Shown here: piece after piece, positions 59,598 through 64,000 of the stretch
Numbering within the stretch: position 1 is the first letter of the stretch
How the letters are laid out: every line of letters begins with the position of its first letter
From: Promethearchaeota archaeon
GTDB taxonomy: Archaea; Asgardarchaeota; Hermodarchaeia; Hermodarchaeales; Hermodarchaeaceae
Reading direction: 5' to 3'
Length of the DNA stretch: 64,000 nucleotides
Assembly: GCA_048939625.1 (NCBI GenBank)
Contig: JBHLPH010000008.1
Coordinates: forward strand, 1-64,000
The notes under the pieces: model-generated
The model's database searches: none
The model's input: the letters and a program-made list of their open reading frames with translations, nothing else
What the model was told of the DNA's origin: nothing
Translations under genes and position numbers: made by a program

Positions 59598-60416
59598 CTA
59601 GTCAAATGTTAGAAACTGCAATTCAGCATCAATCTGAATGTGTTCAATGTCATTTAAGTCTTTGAATTGAGTTGTAGCAGCTGCTCGAACATCTTGCATA
59701 ATCTGTCGATGCACGACATCGGGCAGGTTTCGCCACATCGATGAAAAGACACGGTGCTCAAGAAAGGAAAGAGTAACATGCACGGGAACTTGGACAGATG
59801 TTACAAACTGCTGTCTCTCTAAATTTGCACCTTGGGACATGAGTTCGGTTACAATATCAGTCTCTCCTGCTCCAAGGGGAGATACTGGATAACCTAACTC
59901 TTCACGACGCTCTCGATATAGCTGATTTAGACGAGATCGATGAGTGAGCGCTCCGACATAACCGGTAATAATTGTGCCTCCTGCACCTAGAACCTGTCGC
60001 GTTTCTATTAGTGCATCTCGCCAATCAGCCATCAAATGAAAAATATGAATCGCTAAAATGGCCTTGAAGAGACCACGAATTAACGGCAATGTCACTGCAT
60101 CACCAAAGGTAAGATTTGATCGAAGATACTTCGAAGATCGTTGGGTAACACAGGCCATTTCAAGCATTCCTTGGGACACGTCGACACCTACCACAGGAAT
60201 CTTCCGACTAGCTAAAGCTCTGAGAAATCGACCTGCTCCACATCCTAATTCTAAAATTAAATCCGTGGACGTGAGATCACAGGTTTGAACAATAGCTGTA
60301 ATCAGTTCCTTCATGAAGTAATCAGGGATACCCCGTGTTGCTTCATATTCTCCTGCTACACGGCTGAAATCTACTCGTGAGGAGGGTGTTCCAGCTGGTT
60401 CGTGCATACTCGTCAA
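59598..60416 (-). CDS. Class I SAM-dependent methyltransferase
   Basis: ILELGCGAGR, GVDVSQGML, GDA..LP, IFHL. Confidence 0.88.
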   Translation of the reverse strand: MTSMHEPAGTPSSRVDFSRVAGEYEATRGIPDYFMKELITAIVQTCDLTSTDLILELGCGAGRFLRALASRKIPVVGVDVSQGMLEMACVTQRSSKYLRSNLTFGDAVTLPLIRGLFKAILAIHIFHLMADWRDALIETRQVLGAGGTIITGYVGALTHRSRLNQLYRERREELGYPVSPLGAGETDIVTELMSQGANLERQQFVTSVQVPVHVTLSFLEHRVFSSMWRNLPDVVHRQIMQDVRAAATTQFKDLNDIEHIQIDAELQFLTFD

Positions 60417-60580
60417 AGATAGAAAGAATTTTCCAGTCTAAAGCCTTGTGCTCCGAATCAGTAGATACCGTGGAATTTCGAATTTCTCGGTGGCAAAGTT
60501 ACAAGAGTAAATCGTATCTATTAGCAGGTTCGTGGAACTCTGAAACATTTTAAAAGCAATAACGTAGAGTTGCACGCAAG

Positions 60581-61789
60581 GTGAGTTCCAAAATGACTCG
60601 CGATCCAACAGCTTTTCTTAAAGATGAATATGAAGAACTAGTAAAACAAGCCTTAGACTGGAGGCTCCGTGAACTCCAAGGCCCTAGCTCCCCTCGAACC
60701 ATGGTCGATGGGAAAGAAGTGATTATGCTCTGTAGCAACAACTATCTTGGGCTAAGTAACCATCCGAAACTCAAGCAAGCAGCTATTGATGCAATCAAAA
60801 CACATGGAGTTGGAAGTGGAAGTGTACGACCAATCGCGGGCAACATGGATCTACACGAGGAACTTGAACGCCGCCTCGCCAAATTCAAAGGTGCCGAAGC
60901 TAGCCTCGTTTATCAGACTGGCTTTGCTGCTAATGCGGGCCTCATCCCACAACTCGCTGGTAAAGGCGACCTCATAATTAGTGACGAGTTGAACCATGGA
61001 TCCATCATTGATGGTGTACGACTTACTCGGGCTGAACGGGCGATTTTCAAGCATGTTAATGTACCTGATCTTGGGCGAGTTCTTGAAGAAACAAAGAAGC
61101 ACAAGCCCGCTTATCGGCGAATTCTAGTCATCACCGATGGTGTGTTCAGCATGGACGGGGACATCGCCCCCCTAGACCAAATCGTCAAAACTTGTAAACC
61201 TCACGGCGCTATGGTTTATGTCGACGATGCTCACGGTGAAGCGGTACTTGGTGAAGGCGGCCGGGGAATCGTATCTCACTTCAATTTATCGCATAAAGAT
61301 GTACATGTCGAAATGGGCACATTCAGCAAAGCCTTTGGGGTCGTTGGAGGCCATATCTCTGGAAGCGAGTACCTCCGCAAGTTCGCTTATAATAAATCTC
61401 GCACTTGGCTCCTCAGTGGGTCCCATCCTCCACCCGTTGCTGCTGCCTGTATCGCCGCAATTGATATTCTTGAAACAGAACCTAAACATGTCCAAAATCT
61501 ATGGAAGAACCGTGAATATTTCATTAGATCAATGAATGACTTTGGCTTCAACACTGGTATGAGTGAAACCCCCATCATCCCCGTTATGATCGGAGAAAGT
61601 GATGCAGCTCAGAAATTCAGCGTTCGCCTTTTTGAAGAAGGTGTATTTGCCCTTCCCATTGTGTTTCCCATGGTTGCTCGTGGTAAAGCCAGAATCCGTG
61701 TCATCATGAATTCAGCACTTTCAAAGGATGACTTGAATGGTGCAATCACAGCTTTCGAAAAAGTCGGTAAAGAACTCAACATCATCTAG
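60581..61789 (+). CDS. kbl: Glycine C-acetyltransferase (2-amino-3-ketobutyrate CoA ligase)
   Basis: SNNYLGL, DELNHGSIIDG, TDGVFSMDGD, DDAHG, TFSKA, ARIR. Confidence 0.88.
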   Translation: MSSKMTRDPTAFLKDEYEELVKQALDWRLRELQGPSSPRTMVDGKEVIMLCSNNYLGLSNHPKLKQAAIDAIKTHGVGSGSVRPIAGNMDLHEELERRLAKFKGAEASLVYQTGFAANAGLIPQLAGKGDLIISDELNHGSIIDGVRLTRAERAIFKHVNVPDLGRVLEETKKHKPAYRRILVITDGVFSMDGDIAPLDQIVKTCKPHGAMVYVDDAHGEAVLGEGGRGIVSHFNLSHKDVHVEMGTFSKAFGVVGGHISGSEYLRKFAYNKSRTWLLSGSHPPPVAAACIAAIDILETEPKHVQNLWKNREYFIRSMNDFGFNTGMSETPIIPVMIGESDAAQKFSVRLFEEGVFALPIVFPMVARGKARIRVIMNSALSKDDLNGAITAFEKVGKELNII

Positions 61790-61940
61790 GTCAGTGCATC
61801 TGAAACCAAGAATTCCTATTTTCGCCAGAGCGTCTGGATGAAATGAGGGAACATTAAAAACGCATATTCGATTCAGTCTAGATAATCCGTTGTGGACAGC
61901 TTGTGTCCATGGTGGGACTCCTTTCAAGGTGGAATGAAAA

Positions 61941-62546
61941 GTGGCTGATTATCAAAAATACCATATTCAACGGGGTCATGTCATGCGTGTCCCTGATGAT
62001 ATGGCTAACGATTTTGGTGATGGTGACTGTTATCTTATTGACACTGGTCCCGTCATTTACCTCTGGTGTGGCAGTAAAGCCACCGTGGACGAACGCTTCA
62101 TTGGTGCCGTCACTTCTGTATGGCGTGATCAAGAACGCAAAGGTGCAGCACGACTGGTAACTGTTGAAGCCCGAAGCGAACCTCCAGACTTTCTCGACCT
62201 CTTCGATGGTAAACTCAATATCACTGACCAAGACACCGAGGGCATCCTAAAAAAAGTCATTCTGGAAAAACATGAGTTCAAACTCTTCCGACTCAACATT
62301 GTCGGAGGCGTTCACCTATTCATTGAGGTTCCCCGCTCTAAAGAGAGTTTGAAATCCGATGATGTATACATACTCGACACCTTTGATCAAATCTACATTT
62401 GGCGAGGAAATTCCTCAACCGGTCGTGAAAAGTTCCACGCCATGTTAATTGCACGACGATACGACTATGAAAGAGCAGGTGCACAAGATATTGTGCTTGT
62501 GGAAGAGGGTGAAGAAACCAAAGAATTTCTACAGGCACTAGAATGA
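61941..62546 (+). CDS. Two-domain gelsolin (Asgard 2DGel type)
   Basis: Two repeats, GDCYLIDTG..IYLWCG and DDVYILDTFDQIYIWRG...VEEGEET; WH2-like linker GILKKV. Confidence 0.92.
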   Translation: MADYQKYHIQRGHVMRVPDDMANDFGDGDCYLIDTGPVIYLWCGSKATVDERFIGAVTSVWRDQERKGAARLVTVEARSEPPDFLDLFDGKLNITDQDTEGILKKVILEKHEFKLFRLNIVGGVHLFIEVPRSKESLKSDDVYILDTFDQIYIWRGNSSTGREKFHAMLIARRYDYERAGAQDIVLVEEGEETKEFLQALE

Positions 62547-62644
62547 GAATTCATTACGTAACCCCCTAATATCCGCATAATTTTAGCGACTAGCGCTGAA
62601 ACGAATCGATTGCAATTTTAGCTTATGCACTTAGATAAGGCCAG

Positions 62645-62870
62645 CCTAAAATTATATTAAATTTAAATTAGATTATTTAGCATAATAAAAAAACATAATA
62701 TGCGTATATATGTTATAATAGTAAACTAATAGAAGCGTTTAGAATTTATTACAAATATTTGATTTTCTTGACTTTATAATGATAAGTACTACTATTAAAT
62801 TAATATTATGTTAAGTACAATATAAATATATTATAAAACAACTAAAAATAATAGTAAAAAATTAATTCTT
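62645..62870. other. Extremely AT-rich intergenic tract
   Basis: About 225 bp almost devoid of G/C, unlike the rest of the window. Confidence 0.7.
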
Positions 62871-62978
62871 ATCTGGGTTTGAACAATTGTTCTTCTAATA
62901 GTTGCAGGTATTGCATATGGATTTTTATGGTGCCAATTTCTATTTTTCTTACCGGTGGATTACCGCTGGAGGGTTTAG

Positions 62979-63389
62979 ATGACCACACCGACAGATCAGC
63001 TTGAAGGATTTGTTGCTGACGTTCTGATTCCTCGGATTGACGAGGTAGTGAACGCTGTATCGAATGGTGTGGATAATGACCAACTTCGCGAACTGTTTTG
63101 TGAAAACATATACGACGGACTGAAGTTTTTCTATGAAAGGTGGACTCCTGTCTATCTTGCGATTCATGGCCAAAAGAAGACAAACCATACAAGTCGGACA
63201 TTGGACAAATTATTCCAAGATGTCACAAAGGCTCCAGGAAAAAAACTTCCAGAAACCTTAGTGAAAGCCTTGTGGTATCTGCTCTCCATTAGTCTTGAAG
63301 ATATGGATACTGTTCCAGTCTTTCCAGATGAACTTACTTTTACTGAGTTACAGTCTGCAATTAAGAATGCTACACGTCGAATTTCCTAA
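62979..63389 (+). CDS. Hypothetical protein
   Basis: 136-aa ORF with GGAGG SD; no motif recognised. Confidence 0.65.
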   Translation: MTTPTDQLEGFVADVLIPRIDEVVNAVSNGVDNDQLRELFCENIYDGLKFFYERWTPVYLAIHGQKKTNHTSRTLDKLFQDVTKAPGKKLPETLVKALWYLLSISLEDMDTVPVFPDELTFTELQSAIKNATRRIS

Positions 63390-63483
63390 AAGTATCATAA
63401 TTTTGCTCGTTTTTACATTTAAAACACCAATACACTTTTTATACTAACCCAACCTCATCAACGGATAATTGGAGTAGATAACT

Positions 63484-64000
63484 GTGAGTTTCCTATCAAC
63501 CAAAGAATGGACCGAACCCCAGATGACTCGCATCCTCGTGCCAGTTCAAGGCTTCCCTGGCGAAGTGAACGGAATCCAATTTGCCCTTAGTCTCGCGGAG
63601 AATTCAAAAGCCAACATCTCCCTCTTACACTGTCGCGAAAGAATCCGCCGATCAAAACTTGCTGAGGTCAACCCTTTAATCAAGTATGCCAAAAGTCTGG
63701 CAAAGAAACTCAACATTTCCATTGATGAAGAAAAAGTCACACGTGTGCGTGCCTCCGATGCGATTCTAAAATCGAGTAAAGAAAAGGAATGTGATTTAAT
63801 TGTTATGTCAGCTGCGCACACTCCTGTTCATAAGCACCTGTTAGGATCTACAGCTCGACGGGTTGCTAGGAAAAGCAACAAACCAATTATCATCGTTGCG
63901 TCGTGGCTTGAGGAAGTTACCAAGAATAAAAAGAGCAATTATGCGAAGATTTTGTTACCGATTCGCAGTACAAGCAAAGATCAGTCTGCCTTACGATTGG
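63484..64000 (+). CDS. Universal stress protein (tandem USP domains), runs off the window end
   Basis: Translated by hand from GTG 63484: RILVPV...DLIVMSA...LLGSTARRVARKSNKPIIIV, then a second KILLP. Confidence 0.88.
   Translation, partial: MSFLSTKEWTEPQMTRILVPVQGFPGEVNGIQFALSLAENSKANISLLHCRERIRRSKLAEVNPLIKYAKSLAKKLNISIDEEKVTRVRASDAILKSSKEKECDLIVMSAAHTPVHKHLLGSTARRVARKSNKPIIIVASWLEEVTKNKKSNYAKILLPIRSTSKDQSALRL

Noticed and set aside
59357-59665. 102-aa ORF between tdh and the SAM methyltransferase
   Set aside because: TTG start, no SD, overlaps the convergent gene, no recognisable features
62789-62816. dif-like site (TTATGTTAAGT resembles a XerD arm)
   Set aside because: The left arm does not match and is not an inverted repeat; expected by chance in such AT-rich DNA

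Overview
A 64-kb archaeal chromosomal segment, very likely from an Asgard archaeon. The archaeal evidence is TFB, G1P dehydrogenase EgsA, archaeal-type TrpRS and ProRS, an intron-containing tRNA-Trp and GGTGA/GAGG Shine-Dalgarno motifs. The Asgard evidence is a set of eukaryotic-signature proteins: a two-domain gelsolin, a Sec23/24-like Zn-finger/vWA protein, a longin-small GTPase fusion, a longin-roadblock-winged-helix protein and an IPGF-type C-terminal sorting signal. The class cannot be fixed from this window. The first ~3.5 kb is an AT-richer accessory patch with a ~75-bp imperfect direct repeat, ending at what looks like a truncated HhH/MutS-like gene. The rest is mostly metabolic: a methanoredoxin-like/ferredoxin:disulfide reductase pair, an MBL-rhodanese, a non-pyrrolysine MttB/corrinoid/CysK-like/MtaA methyl-transfer cluster, tdh/kbl and transporters. 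The best candidate for a new system is a two-gene unit at 19302-19892, encoding a putative divergent single gelsolin-like domain followed by a stand-alone ~58-aa WH2/actobindin-like microprotein. A second candidate is a cluster of five co-oriented micro-ORFs at 38846-39842, four with clear SD motifs and missing from the ORF track. No CRISPR array, rRNA, integrase or transposase was seen. All family calls come from motif recognition by eye; no searches were run.
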